From the NCBI GenBank assembly GCA_002305475.1, contig DBRB01000019.1, positions 56,022-120,021 on the forward strand: a DNA stretch of 64,000 nucleotides. The letters are read 5' to 3'. The notes under the pieces were generated by a model, which saw nothing but the letters and a program-made list of their open reading frames with translations, was not told the origin of the DNA and ran no database searches. The DNA comes from a candidate division WWE3 bacterium UBA1379. GTDB lineage: Bacteria; Patescibacteriota; WWE3; UBA101185; UBA10185. Shown one piece after another: positions 10,334 through 20,760 of this stretch. Position numbers and translations under genes: made by a program. Position 1 is the first letter of the stretch, and the number at the start of each line of letters is the position of its first letter.

Positions 10334-10432
10334 GATGCGACCAAGCATCAATTTACAACAACCCGCAGCTGATGCGGAGGATAATAGCGGTTAGCATGTT
10401 CATACATGCAAATGGGTGAACGTATAGTTCAC
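10334..10432 (-). other. Four tandem perfect short hairpins directly after the rpsG stop
   Basis: gatgc/gcatc, ccgca/tgcgg, gcatgt/acatgc, gtgaac/gttcac. Confidence 0.6.
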
Positions 10433-10439
10433 GGATAAA

Positions 10440-10907
10440 TTAGAAACGACCGAAATGGGCGAATGCTCGGTTGGCTTCAGCCATCTTGTGGGTGTCATCT
10501 CTTTTCTTAATCGCATTCCCGACACCTTCTTTTGCATTCTTCAGTTCTTCGTAGAGTTTTTCTTCCATGGCTTTACCTCGCCTATTTCGTGCTGCACCTA
10601 TAATCCATCTGATAGCCAATGCTTCGGATCTGTCATGCTTGACAGGAGTAGGAACCTGATATGTGGCTCCGCCAACTCTTCTGGAACGCACTTCCTGTTG
10701 AGGCATTACATTCTTTACTGCTTCTTCAAACATCTGCAAAGCAGTCTTTTTGTCTTCCGCCAGTCTGCTGATAGCTCTATAAACAATATTTCGTGCCAAG
10801 TTTTTTTCCCCATCCAACATTACCACATTTATCATGCGGCTGACTGTTTTGGATTTGAAAACCGGATCCACTTCAACTTGTCTTTTTTGTACTTTTTTAC
10901 CTCGCAT
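10440..10907 (-). CDS. rpsG: 30S ribosomal protein S7
   Basis: EVRSRRVGGATYQVP, HKMAEANRAFAH. Confidence 0.99.
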   Translation of the reverse strand: MRGKKVQKRQVEVDPVFKSKTVSRMINVVMLDGEKNLARNIVYRAISRLAEDKKTALQMFEEAVKNVMPQQEVRSRRVGGATYQVPTPVKHDRSEALAIRWIIGAARNRRGKAMEEKLYEELKNAKEGVGNAIKKRDDTHKMAEANRAFAHFGRF

Positions 10908-10912
10908 ATGTT

Positions 10913-11326
10913 TTAAGCTTTAGGCTTCTTGGCTCCGTAAACCGATCTGGAAGTTTTTCTGTTCTGTACTCCCTGCAGATCAAAGGAACCTCGAACAATT
11001 GTATACTTGATGCCGGGCAGATCCTTGACTCTACCCCCGCGGACTAGAACCACGGAGTGTTCCTGCAGATTATGTCCTTCACCGGGAATATAGGCTGTAA
11101 CCTCCCTTTTGTTGGATAAACGCACACGCACAACTTTTCGCAAAGCTGAGTTAGGCTTTTTCGGAGTCTGAGTTTTTACCTGTAGACAGACACCCTTTTT
11201 AAAAGGAGAGTCATGCTTAATTGCTACACGCTTTCTGGTATTGTATACCTCCGTCAAAGCTTTAGCCTTAGTCTTTTTATTTTTTGCTTTTCTACTTTTT
11301 CTTAATAATTGGTTAATTGTCGGCAT
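10913..11326 (-). CDS. rpsL: 30S ribosomal protein S12
   Basis: [28 protein letters not shown]. Confidence 0.99.
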   Translation of the reverse strand: MPTINQLLRKSRKAKNKKTKAKALTEVYNTRKRVAIKHDSPFKKGVCLQVKTQTPKKPNSALRKVVRVRLSNKREVTAYIPGEGHNLQEHSVVLVRGGRVKDLPGIKYTIVRGSFDLQGVQNRKTSRSVYGAKKPKA

Positions 11327-11349
11327 TTAATAATCTTTACAAACTTCTT

Positions 11350-14300
11350 TTAATCCAATTTTGCTTCAGGACCGGTCGGAATTAAACGTCCAATAATTAC
11401 GTTTTCTTTCAGTCCAATTAGCTTATCGACTTTACCAGAGGCGGCTGCATCGGTCAAGACATTGCTTGTCTGAATAAATGAAGCAGCTGATAAGAAGCTG
11501 TCGGTATTCAATGAAGCTTTTGTGATACCCAGCAGCTGAACCTTAGCACTGGCAGGAGTACCGCCCGCGGCTAATACTCTTTCATTTTCTTCTTCAAAGC
11601 TAGCTTTTGTTACAACCTCGCCTACCAAAAAGTCGGTATCACCGGACTCTTCAATTCTGACATTGTTAAACATCTGTCTGACGATGACCTCAATGTGTTT
11701 ATCATTCAAAGACACACCCTGTGAAGAGTATACTTTCTGAATTTCGTTAATGATATAGCGTTTGGTTTCTTCTACTCCGACTGTTCTGAGAAGATCGGTT
11801 AGATCAAGGTGTCCGGATGTCAGTTTTTCACCCTTGGCTACCAGTTGTCCATCTTGAACTACAATTTCAGCAACCGGATCCACCATGTATTCAGCTGTCT
11901 GAATTTCATCAGAAGGATCGGTGGCAATCACCACGATTTTTCTTTCATCACCAGATGTAGAAATCTTTACGGTACCGGTAATTTCACTCATGATAGACAG
12001 GAATTTCGGAGCTCTTGCTTCAACAATTTCCTCAACTCTGGGCAACCCTTGGGTAATATCTTTTCCTGCAATTCCTCCCGTATGGAATGTTCTTAATGTC
12101 AGCTGTGTACCCGGTTCACCGATGGATTGAGCGGCTGCCACACCAACTGCCGTTCCAATTTCAACATCTTTTCTGGTAACAAGATCCAAACCGTAACACT
12201 TTGAACAAATACCTCTTCGGGTTTCACATCCCATCGGAGATCTGAGAATAATTTTGTCCACTTCAGCCTGTTGAATAGTTTTTATATTATCTGGTGTCAA
12301 TAATGTACCGGCTTTTAAGATTACCTTGCCATTAGCTTTCACATCCTGAGCAAGATATCTTCCGGAAACTCTTTCTGCAAATTTCTGCAAAAGTGTTTCT
12401 TCATCCAGTTTAATTTCTCGACCTCTATTTGTACCGCAGTCATACTCTCTTACTAATACGTCCTGGGCAACATCCACCAGTCTTCTGGTCAAATAACCTG
12501 CATCTGCAGTCTTTAGACCCTTATCAACCAAACCTTTTCTTGCACCACGTCCTGATACGAAATATTCCAAACCCGATAATCCGGTCTTGTAGTTGCCTAG
12601 AATCGGCAGCTGCACCAGATGTCCGGTAGGATCTGAAACCAGACCCTTGACTCCTGCAATCTGTTTAACCTGATCTCTGGATGCTCTGGTTGAACCGGAT
12701 TTAACAAGCACTTTCACAGGGTTGTCTTCCGGAAGGCTGCTCCAGACAGCATTATCAATTTCTGCAGTAACCTGATTCCACGCATCTTCAGTTAATCTCT
12801 GTGCTTCAGCTCTGGTTATTAAACCTCGCTTAAAGTTCTTATCGATTTCTGCAACCGCCTGGTATCCTTTTGCGATGATTTCATCTCTGGATTGAGGAAT
12901 CTTGATATCATCCAAAGAGACGGACTGACCGGATACGGTTCCGTATTTCAGACCCAGATCTTTTAGATCGTCAATCAATTTGGTAATTACTTCATTTGAT
13001 TCTCTTTCAAAAGCCTGAGCAAGCAATGCCTTAATACCGCTTTTAGTCATTTCTTTATTTATGAACCCAAAAGACTGTGGAATTATTTCATTGAATAAGA
13101 CTCTTCCCGGTGTAGTTTCCACTAATTCCCCTTTGATGTTTACCTTAACACGCTGTCTTAAGGAGATCCTGTCACCTTTATGCATGCTGAGGTAATAAAG
13201 AAGTTCATCTTGATCAGCAAACACGGTTTCATGTAGCGGCAGATTCTCATCCACAGATGTCATGTAATAAGTACCGAAAAGCATAATTTTAGTAGGTACT
13301 GACATCGGTGACCCATCAGAAGGATTAAGCAGATTATTTGTAGAAATAATCTTATTTCGTGCTTCATTCTTTGCCGCTTCGGATAACGGAAGATGAACAG
13401 CCATCTGGTCTCCGTCAAAGTCAGCATTAAATCCTGAACAGACACAAAGGTGCAGTCTGATGGCATTGCCTTCAATTAGTTTGGGATAGAATGCCTGAAT
13501 ACCTAATCTCCAAAGTGTAGGAGCTCTGTTTAAGAGAACCGGATGATCTTTGACCACTTCTTCAAGAATATCCCATACTTCTGCAGAACGGGCTTCAATA
13601 AAGAACTTTGCGCTTTTCACATTAGGAGCATATCCTCTGCTTAATATTTCTCTTAAGACAAATGGCTTGAATAATTCCAGAGCCATTTCTTTTGGAAGAC
13701 CACATTCATTCAGCTTTAAGTTAGGACCATTGATAATCACACCTCGTCCTGAGTAGTCGACTCTTTTACCAAGAAGGTTCAATCTGAAAATACCCTGCTT
13801 TCCTTTAAGCATATCGGAAAGGGATCTTAATTCTTTCTTACCTCTTGCCAGTCTGGTCTTTTGTCTTTGCTTGGAGGAATCAAATAGGGCATCCAGAGAT
13901 TCCTGAAGCATTCTTTTTTCGTTTCTAATAATTATTTCCGGGGCACCCAGATCTAAAAGCCTCTTAAGTCGATTATTTCTGTTAATAAGTCTTCTGTATA
14001 GTTCATTCAAATCGGATGAAGCAAATCTTCCGCCTTCCAGCTGAACCAGAGGTCTAAGATCAGGCGGGATAACCGGTACTACTGACAAGATCATTCTTGA
14101 CGGTTCTATTCCGGCTCTTCTGAACTGTTCAACTACTTTTAATCTCTTTGCCAGTTTGGATGCTTTCTGACCGCGGGCATTTTCCAGTTCTTCCCTAAGC
14201 TGGGAAGCCAATTCATTCAGATCCATCTTAGAAAGGATACCTTCTAATGCTTCGGCTCCGATCTCCATCTTAGTGAAGATCTTCAGATAGTCGCTTAAAT

Positions 14301-15030
14301 TAACGTATTCGTTATCGGATAAAACAGAGTACAACTCTACGCTTTCAATTTTCTTTTGGATCAGTTTAAAATGCTTCTCATAATCTTTCAGTTTCTTATC
14401 AAAGGACGCTCTAAGTGTCTGAATTCTCTGGCGCAGTTTGATGGACTCTTCCTGAGCCTTAAAGTCATCTTTCTTTTTAGATAATTCCTCCAACATTTTT
14501 TCAAAGTCTTTAGACTGTCTTTCATATTCTTTTTCCACTTCTGCTTTTGCTTCTGCCAGATCCTCTTCTACTTTTGAAATTGCCTGAGCTTTTTTAGTTC
14601 CATCAAACTGAGTGACGATAAAGGAAGAGAAATAAATCACGGATTCTATATTTCTTGGAGAAATATCCAGCAGTAATGCCATTTTTGAAGGAATACCGCG
14701 GAAGAACCAGACATGAGCAGCCGGACTGGCCAATTCTATATGACCCATTCTTTCTCTTCTGACTCTTGAGTGGGTAACTTCTACACCGCATTTATCGCAG
14801 ATGACGCCTTTATATCGGATACCTTTATACTTGCCGCAGTAACATTCATAATTTTTTACCGGACCGAAAATCTGCTCGTCGAATAAACCATATTTTTCCG
14901 CTTTGAATGTACGGTAATTAATGGTTTCCGGTTTTGTCACTTCCCCGAATGACCAGGATCTGATCTCTTCCGGAGAAGCCAAGTATATTCTTATTGAATC
15001 AAAATCTTTTAAATCACTTAAATATTTCAT
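11350..15030 (-). CDS. rpoC: RNA polymerase beta' subunit
   Basis: NADFDGDQM catalytic motif, Zn-finger cysteines, SIGEPGTQLT. Confidence 0.99.
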   Translation of the reverse strand: MKYLSDLKDFDSIRIYLASPEEIRSWSFGEVTKPETINYRTFKAEKYGLFDEQIFGPVKNYECYCGKYKGIRYKGVICDKCGVEVTHSRVRRERMGHIELASPAAHVWFFRGIPSKMALLLDISPRNIESVIYFSSFIVTQFDGTKKAQAISKVEEDLAEAKAEVEKEYERQSKDFEKMLEELSKKKDDFKAQEESIKLRQRIQTLRASFDKKLKDYEKHFKLIQKKIESVELYSVLSDNEYVNLSDYLKIFTKMEIGAEALEGILSKMDLNELASQLREELENARGQKASKLAKRLKVVEQFRRAGIEPSRMILSVVPVIPPDLRPLVQLEGGRFASSDLNELYRRLINRNNRLKRLLDLGAPEIIIRNEKRMLQESLDALFDSSKQRQKTRLARGKKELRSLSDMLKGKQGIFRLNLLGKRVDYSGRGVIINGPNLKLNECGLPKEMALELFKPFVLREILSRGYAPNVKSAKFFIEARSAEVWDILEEVVKDHPVLLNRAPTLWRLGIQAFYPKLIEGNAIRLHLCVCSGFNADFDGDQMAVHLPLSEAAKNEARNKIISTNNLLNPSDGSPMSVPTKIMLFGTYYMTSVDENLPLHETVFADQDELLYYLSMHKGDRISLRQRVKVNIKGELVETTPGRVLFNEIIPQSFGFINKEMTKSGIKALLAQAFERESNEVITKLIDDLKDLGLKYGTVSGQSVSLDDIKIPQSRDEIIAKGYQAVAEIDKNFKRGLITRAEAQRLTEDAWNQVTAEIDNAVWSSLPEDNPVKVLVKSGSTRASRDQVKQIAGVKGLVSDPTGHLVQLPILGNYKTGLSGLEYFVSGRGARKGLVDKGLKTADAGYLTRRLVDVAQDVLVREYDCGTNRGREIKLDEETLLQKFAERVSGRYLAQDVKANGKVILKAGTLLTPDNIKTIQQAEVDKIILRSPMGCETRRGICSKCYGLDLVTRKDVEIGTAVGVAAAQSIGEPGTQLTLRTFHTGGIAGKDITQGLPRVEEIVEARAPKFLSIMSEITGTVKISTSGDERKIVVIATDPSDEIQTAEYMVDPVAEIVVQDGQLVAKGEKLTSGHLDLTDLLRTVGVEETKRYIINEIQKVYSSQGVSLNDKHIEVIVRQMFNNVRIEESGDTDFLVGEVVTKASFEEENERVLAAGGTPASAKVQLLGITKASLNTDSFLSAASFIQTSNVLTDAAASGKVDKLIGLKENVIIGRLIPTGPEAKLD

Positions 15031-15033
15031 ATT

Positions 15034-18000
15034 TTATTCCTCCGCTTCCTCCTGTAAATCCTCTACGTCTGATAATTCCGATTGAACTTCATCTGTATCA
15101 ACGGCTTTTTCCGTTACTTCCGCATATTCGGACTCTGTCTGTTCGGATTCTGTTTCATCTCCGCTTCCGCCTAATGCTTCCAAACCCAAACCTAATCCGT
15201 TCATCTGTCGAACCAACAGTTTGAAGGTTTCAGGAATTGTTGATTCAGGAATTTCTTTACCCTGTATCATGGCACTATATGCCTGGGTTCTTCCAACCAG
15301 GTCATCTGATTTAATGGTCAGCATTTCTTTAAGTACATGTGCTGCACCATATGCTTCCAATGCCCACACTTCCATTTCCCCGAATCTCTGACCGCCAAAC
15401 TGTGCCTTACCACCCAACGGCTGCTGAGTAATCAATGAGTAAGGACCGGTTGATCTTGCATGCATCTTTTCCTCTGACATATGAATAAGCTTTAATAGAT
15501 AGGTATCACCGACCACAATTTCGTTTTCAAATGGTTCGCCTGTTCTACCGTCAATCAGACATAATTTACCGGAAACTGGAAGTCCAGCCTTCTGGAGTTC
15601 TGTTGCGATTTCATCTTCGTCTATAGTTTCCAAAGAAGGAATCACATATCTTTTATTCAGTATCTTAGCTGCTGTTCCTAACGGCGCTTCCAGAATCTGA
15701 CCAACATTCATACGTTTTAAAACTGCCTCGGATGAGAAAATGACATCCACGGATGAACCATCCGGTAGTCTTGGCATATCGATAGCAGGAACGATTGCTG
15801 AAATGACACCTTTGTTACCGTGTCTTCCTGCAAGTTTGTCCCCAATCATGATTTTTCTTTGCTGAGCTACATAAACGGTAATTTCTTCCAACACACCTGC
15901 CGGTAACTCTTCATTTTCTTTACGGGAAACTCTCTTCACACCGATTACCACACCGTGTTCACCGTGAGGCATAGTCAAAGAATTATCGCGTACATCCTTG
16001 GCTTTTTCCCCAAAGATTGCTCTAAGAAGTCTTTCTTCTGCCGATAAGTCAAGCTCACCCTTAGGAGCGATTTTTCCAACCAAAATATCGCCGGATTTTA
16101 CTTTTGAACCGATGGCAACAATTCCATTTTCATCCAGATTTCTTAAGGCTTCTTCTGAAACATTAGGAATATCTCTGGTGATTTCTTCCGGACCTAGTTT
16201 TGTTTCCAAAACTGATACAGTGTAATCCGACACATGAATGGATGTCAGAATGTCTTCTTTTACTAAACGATCTGAAATGACAATTCCGTCTTCAAATTCG
16301 AATCCTTCCCAGATCATGTAGGCAACCTTAACGTTAGTTCCGATTGACAGTTCACCATCATCCACACCGGGTCCTTCAATTAAGATATCGCCTTTTTTCA
16401 CTTTCTGATCGGGATTTACTTTTACATACTGGTTGTAACAGGTATCCAGATTTGATTTCTGGAATTTAGAGGGGTGGTATTCTGCTTTTTTACCGTTGGC
16501 ATATTTAACAACCACACGGTTTCCTTCAGCTACCAATACTTCTCCGTCAGCTTCTGCCTTAGTTACAGCATAAGCATTTTCAGCTACAACATCTTCAATA
16601 CCGGTACCAACCAAAGGGGCTTCTGGTATTACCAAAGGTACTGCCTGAGACATCTGCTGGGTACCCATTAATGCTCTAGAAACGTCATCATTCTGTAAGA
16701 AAGGAATCAAACCTGCTGAGATAGATACAATCTGGCGGGGAACAACTTCAATATATTCTGCCAAGGATGCATCTCCCAAACTGAAGTTTCCTCCTCTACG
16801 AAGAGGGATTTGTTTATCTAAAATATAGCCTTTTTCATCCACATTTACGGAAGCATCGGTGATGTATTTGTTATCTTCATCATAAGCTGCAAGATATACA
16901 ACTTCATTTGTAACCCGTATTCTTCCGTCTGTTTCTTTCTCTAATTTATAGTAAGGAGTTTCCAAAAACCCAAACTTATTTACTCTGGCATACATTGCCA
17001 TGTAGTTAATTAAACCGATGTTCGGACCTTCAGGAGTTCTAACCGGACAAATTCTACCAAAAGAAGAATAGTGAACATCTCTGACTGCCATACTAGCTCT
17101 TTCCTTGGTTAACCCTCCCGGACCCATGACTGATAATCTTCTTAAGTGATCAAGAGATGTTAAAGGATTCTGCTGATCCTGCATTTGTGATAATGCACCG
17201 CTGGCGAAAAAGCTGTGAATATTGGCTGCCACGGCACGTGGTGAAATGAGAACAGACGGTTCTGGAAGTTCATCTCTGGGCTGCAGGCTCATTTTTTCCT
17301 TGATATTTTTCTCCATTCTCAAAAAACCGATTCTAATCTGATTCTGCAGCAGTTCTCCCACACCTTTGACTCTTCTGTTACCTAAATGATCAATGTCACT
17401 AATATCACCTAGACCGTTATTAAGCTCAATAATTCTGGAAATTATTTTTATTAAATCCTCAAGCTGTAATAGTCTGTGCTCGGGATCGTTAGGAATATTT
17501 AAACCTAAAACCTGATTCGCTTTGAATCTTCCGACTTCACCAAGGCTATATCTTCTCTTGTTGAAAAACATGGATTCAACCAAAGCTCTTGCATTCTCTA
17601 ATACGAGAGGTTCACCCGGTCTCATTTTTCTGTATATTTCGATACATGCTTCGTCGTATGTGGTTGAGGGATCCTTTGATAATGTAGATTCCGTATAGTT
17701 TATTTCAGGATTTGTTTCTACCTCTTTAAAAGCATTTCGGATATCATCGTCTGATTCTAATCCGAATACTCTTAACAGAGTTGTGATGGTAATTTTTCTT
17801 TTTCTGTCAATTTTGACGCTGATCACACCACTTCTGGCAGTTTCAATTTCCAGCCAGACACCGTTTTTAGGAAGTACTTTTGCACCGGCTAAAAACTGCC
17901 CGGTGATAGGGGAATTTGCGCCTGTAAATAAAACACCTTCAGATCGGATGAGCTGATTAATCACAACTCTTTCCACACCGTTTATAACAAAGGTGCCGTG

Positions 18001-18330
18001 CTCAGTCATTAATGGAATATCACCCATGTAAATAACCTGTTTCTTATTCTTTTTTGCAATCGGATCTTCAATTTTTGCGGTTAAATACCAAGGGGCATCG
18101 TAGGTCCTTCCTGTATGAAGAGCCTGTTCTACCGAGATGTTTTCTTTCTGAATCTCCGGATTTGACAAGGTGAGAACCCATCCGCGACCGGAGTAGTCTT
18201 CTATTATCCCGAGTTCTTCCAAAATTTCATTAATTCCCTGATTTTTCAGCCAATCGAATGACTCTTTTTGGACAGAAGAGAGGTTTGGCAGGGGTAGAAT
18301 ATTTTTTCTTTTTGAAAAGGTATGGCGCAT
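15034..18330 (-). CDS. rpoB: RNA polymerase beta subunit
   Basis: GDKLAGRHGNKG, GGQRFGEME, TPEGPNIGLI. Confidence 0.99.
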   Translation of the reverse strand: MRHTFSKRKNILPLPNLSSVQKESFDWLKNQGINEILEELGIIEDYSGRGWVLTLSNPEIQKENISVEQALHTGRTYDAPWYLTAKIEDPIAKKNKKQVIYMGDIPLMTEHGTFVINGVERVVINQLIRSEGVLFTGANSPITGQFLAGAKVLPKNGVWLEIETARSGVISVKIDRKRKITITTLLRVFGLESDDDIRNAFKEVETNPEINYTESTLSKDPSTTYDEACIEIYRKMRPGEPLVLENARALVESMFFNKRRYSLGEVGRFKANQVLGLNIPNDPEHRLLQLEDLIKIISRIIELNNGLGDISDIDHLGNRRVKGVGELLQNQIRIGFLRMEKNIKEKMSLQPRDELPEPSVLISPRAVAANIHSFFASGALSQMQDQQNPLTSLDHLRRLSVMGPGGLTKERASMAVRDVHYSSFGRICPVRTPEGPNIGLINYMAMYARVNKFGFLETPYYKLEKETDGRIRVTNEVVYLAAYDEDNKYITDASVNVDEKGYILDKQIPLRRGGNFSLGDASLAEYIEVVPRQIVSISAGLIPFLQNDDVSRALMGTQQMSQAVPLVIPEAPLVGTGIEDVVAENAYAVTKAEADGEVLVAEGNRVVVKYANGKKAEYHPSKFQKSNLDTCYNQYVKVNPDQKVKKGDILIEGPGVDDGELSIGTNVKVAYMIWEGFEFEDGIVISDRLVKEDILTSIHVSDYTVSVLETKLGPEEITRDIPNVSEEALRNLDENGIVAIGSKVKSGDILVGKIAPKGELDLSAEERLLRAIFGEKAKDVRDNSLTMPHGEHGVVIGVKRVSRKENEELPAGVLEEITVYVAQQRKIMIGDKLAGRHGNKGVISAIVPAIDMPRLPDGSSVDVIFSSEAVLKRMNVGQILEAPLGTAAKILNKRYVIPSLETIDEDEIATELQKAGLPVSGKLCLIDGRTGEPFENEIVVGDTYLLKLIHMSEEKMHARSTGPYSLITQQPLGGKAQFGGQRFGEMEVWALEAYGAAHVLKEMLTIKSDDLVGRTQAYSAMIQGKEIPESTIPETFKLLVRQMNGLGLGLEALGGSGDETESEQTESEYAEVTEKAVDTDEVQSELSDVEDLQEEAEE

Positions 18331-18343
18331 TAGTTTAATTTAT

Positions 18344-18514
18344 TGCTACGACAAGTTGCCGTAAAAGCAGATCCCTTATATTAATTTTATTACTATTAAA
18401 TACAAAAAAGCACGGGGAAACCGTACCTATGTGAGGTGTGATCAACACCCAGGTGTAATAACTCACCTGATTTGCGACAGTGCGTACCTTATCATAGCGT
18501 ATTAACATTGTCAA
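18344..18514 (-). promoter_or_regulatory. rpoB promoter and structured 5' leader with internal terminator-like hairpin
   Basis: TTGACA-N17-TAAGGT with TGn extension; two hairpins, then GUACGG-UUUCC-CCGUGC-U6, then another hairpin before the ATG. Confidence 0.55.
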
Positions 18515-18579
18515 CATCAACACCCGACGTAGTGTCTTATAATTTCAATTTATGAGAACGCGCTGTTTAGCAAGGCATT

Positions 18580-19131
18580 TTACCATAAAAACCCCATTTT
18601 GTTAACAGGCCAGAATCTGAGAATCGCTTTTCCGACAATCCGATCCTTGTTTACAGGCCCGAAATACCTTGAATCGGCAGAATTGCCACGGTTATCCCCT
18701 AAAACAAAGTACTCATCCTCCTCAATTTTCTGAAACCTTCCTTCGCGAAGTGAAGTACCTCCATTTGTACAGGTCCCACTTCCCAGATAGGGCTCTTCCA
18801 GTTTTGAAGTTTTGCCATCCACTGAAATATAGACTTCACAGTCCATAATTTTAATCATTTCTCCGGGAAGACCGACTACTCTTTTTATATAGTCAATACT
18901 ATCACTGTCCGGCGGATGCAATACTACGACATCCCCTCGTTCAAAGTCATCAAAGTGTTTCGTCACTTTTTCTACAAGTACCCGTTCTCCCGTGTGAAAA
19001 TTCGGCTCCATGCTTTGACCCCATACCTGCTCGGGTAACGCTACCCACATATACAAAACCAATATCACAATCAAGGAACTAATAAATGTCTCCAGAAGCT
19101 CCAATATCAAATTTTTTATCTCATTCTGCAC
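18580..19131 (-). CDS. lepB: Signal peptidase I
   Basis: GQSMEPN (Ser), YIKRVVGLPGE (Lys), GDNR.NS.DSR; GTG start. Confidence 0.97.
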   Translation of the reverse strand: MQNEIKNLILELLETFISSLIVILVLYMWVALPEQVWGQSMEPNFHTGERVLVEKVTKHFDDFERGDVVVLHPPDSDSIDYIKRVVGLPGEMIKIMDCEVYISVDGKTSKLEEPYLGSGTCTNGGTSLREGRFQKIEEDEYFVLGDNRGNSADSRYFGPVNKDRIVGKAILRFWPVNKMGFLW

Positions 19132-19176
19132 AGGAAAATGATAACATTATTTAATTAAAATTGTGTACACCTATAT

Positions 19177-20760
19177 ATGGCAAAACTAACAAAGTCTGAA
19201 AAAAAGCAGCTAAAAAAAGCAAGAACCATCAACAAGCTGCAAAATCCGACTGCGCCGACTGAAGTTGTTTCCTACAACCTTACTCATGTATTTGAATTTC
19301 TCAAAGCCAATGTATTATTCTGCGGTGTTCTGGCTTTGATCGTATTTGCCGTATATTTCCGGATGCTTTTTGCCAGCTTTGTTTCTGCCGACGATCTTGC
19401 CGGTTATGTTAATAATCCTGAGATAAGGCAAATAACTATTAATAATAAGTCACCTAATATTAACTACTTATATTATTCAATAATGTATTTTCTGTTTCAG
19501 ACCAATGCAGCCGCCCTGCATTTTGGATCTATCTTTCTTCATATAGTGATCACAATATTGGTACTGGTTTTTACTTATCTGTTGTTCGGGAAAAAAATCT
19601 CCTTATATTCCACACTGCTGTTTGCCGTTCATCCGGTAAATTCCGAAACAGTATCCTGGATCAGCGGCCATGGATATTTATTTGTCACGCTTATGCACCT
19701 GCCGATTCTTATTTTATATCTGTTATTTAGACGCAGTCAGAAAGTAATTTATCTTATTCTTTCACTAGCGGTTTTTACATTTGCAGTATTCATCAACAAA
19801 CACCCCTGGTCAACGGTTATAGTAGGTGTTGTCTGTCTGATTGAATTTTTTATTTTGGAAGAAAAAATCCGTTTGAAATCCATCCAACGAGTCTCACCCT
19901 TTATTTTAATATCTATCCCCGCATCTGTTTTTATTTTCTACGAAGCAGCTAAACAACGTCTGACTGTACTTAAAACTGTGTATGATTTTAATCATACCGA
20001 AGCTACCCCTCTTCTTCAAAGAATCCCATATACAGTATACAAAACAGTTTATCTGCTCATATTCCCCAGAAAACTCAGTATCTTTCATGAAGGAGAAAAC
20101 ATCAGCATATACTTTTATCTTTATATGATCATTCTGACGATTACTTCAGTTGCTTTGATTTTCTTCCTTCTGAAATTCAAAACAAGAAAAGGAGCAGGTC
20201 TGATTATGATGATCTTTGCATCCATCCTGCCAGTATTTAGTCCTATTCAGGTAGGTTTTTTTATTGCAGAAAGATATTTGTATTTTGCATCGATCTTTTT
20301 TTGTTTACTGATAGTAATTACTATTGAAAAAATTGAAGCTGCATACAATAAGAAAAATATCCTAACTTGGATGATTCTGATCCTTTTTACCGTGTATTCA
20401 GTCAGAACATTTATCAGAACGGGGGACTGGCAGAACTCAAAAGCGCTATGGGAAGCCACCTCTAAGGTAGCCGTAAACAGTCCCAGAGTATATAACAATC
20501 TCGGAGATGCTTATGCTAATGAACAAAACTATCCAGCTTCTATTGCATCTTTCCAAAAAGCAATTGAGTTGAATCCCACCTATGTAGATGCAACACATAA
20601 CCTGGCAAATACTTATCTGCAGGCGGGACAGTATGACTTAGCTTCAGAGCTGTTTAAAAAAGCTTTGGAATTAAATCCAGAATATGAGGGGGCAGAAAGG
20701 GCTAAGACTGTTTTAGAAGCTTTGCAAAATAGAAACCTGAATACAGATGGTCAGGAATAA
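19177..20760 (+). CDS. Multi-pass membrane protein with C-terminal TPRs (TMTC-like GT-C glycosyltransferase)
   Basis: DD motif after TM1, LLFAVHPVNSETVSWIS, AERYLY, W...LW, TPR repeats. Confidence 0.8.
   Translation: MAKLTKSEKKQLKKARTINKLQNPTAPTEVVSYNLTHVFEFLKANVLFCGVLALIVFAVYFRMLFASFVSADDLAGYVNNPEIRQITINNKSPNINYLYYSIMYFLFQTNAAALHFGSIFLHIVITILVLVFTYLLFGKKISLYSTLLFAVHPVNSETVSWISGHGYLFVTLMHLPILILYLLFRRSQKVIYLILSLAVFTFAVFINKHPWSTVIVGVVCLIEFFILEEKIRLKSIQRVSPFILISIPASVFIFYEAAKQRLTVLKTVYDFNHTEATPLLQRIPYTVYKTVYLLIFPRKLSIFHEGENISIYFYLYMIILTITSVALIFFLLKFKTRKGAGLIMMIFASILPVFSPIQVGFFIAERYLYFASIFFCLLIVITIEKIEAAYNKKNILTWMILILFTVYSVRTFIRTGDWQNSKALWEATSKVAVNSPRVYNNLGDAYANEQNYPASIASFQKAIELNPTYVDATHNLANTYLQAGQYDLASELFKKALELNPEYEGAERAKTVLEALQNRNLNTDGQE

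Noticed and set aside
18430-18485. ZMP/ZTP riboswitch resemblance (ACUG.CG...CAGGUG...CACC.GGG) in the rpoB leader
   Set aside because: The required 3' CGCCUGGGC pseudoknot hairpin is absent, and rpoB is not a typical regulated gene.
20702-20760. 59-bp convergent overlap of the TPR membrane gene and the methyltransferase gene
   Set aside because: Ordinary compaction in a reduced genome; no further signal.
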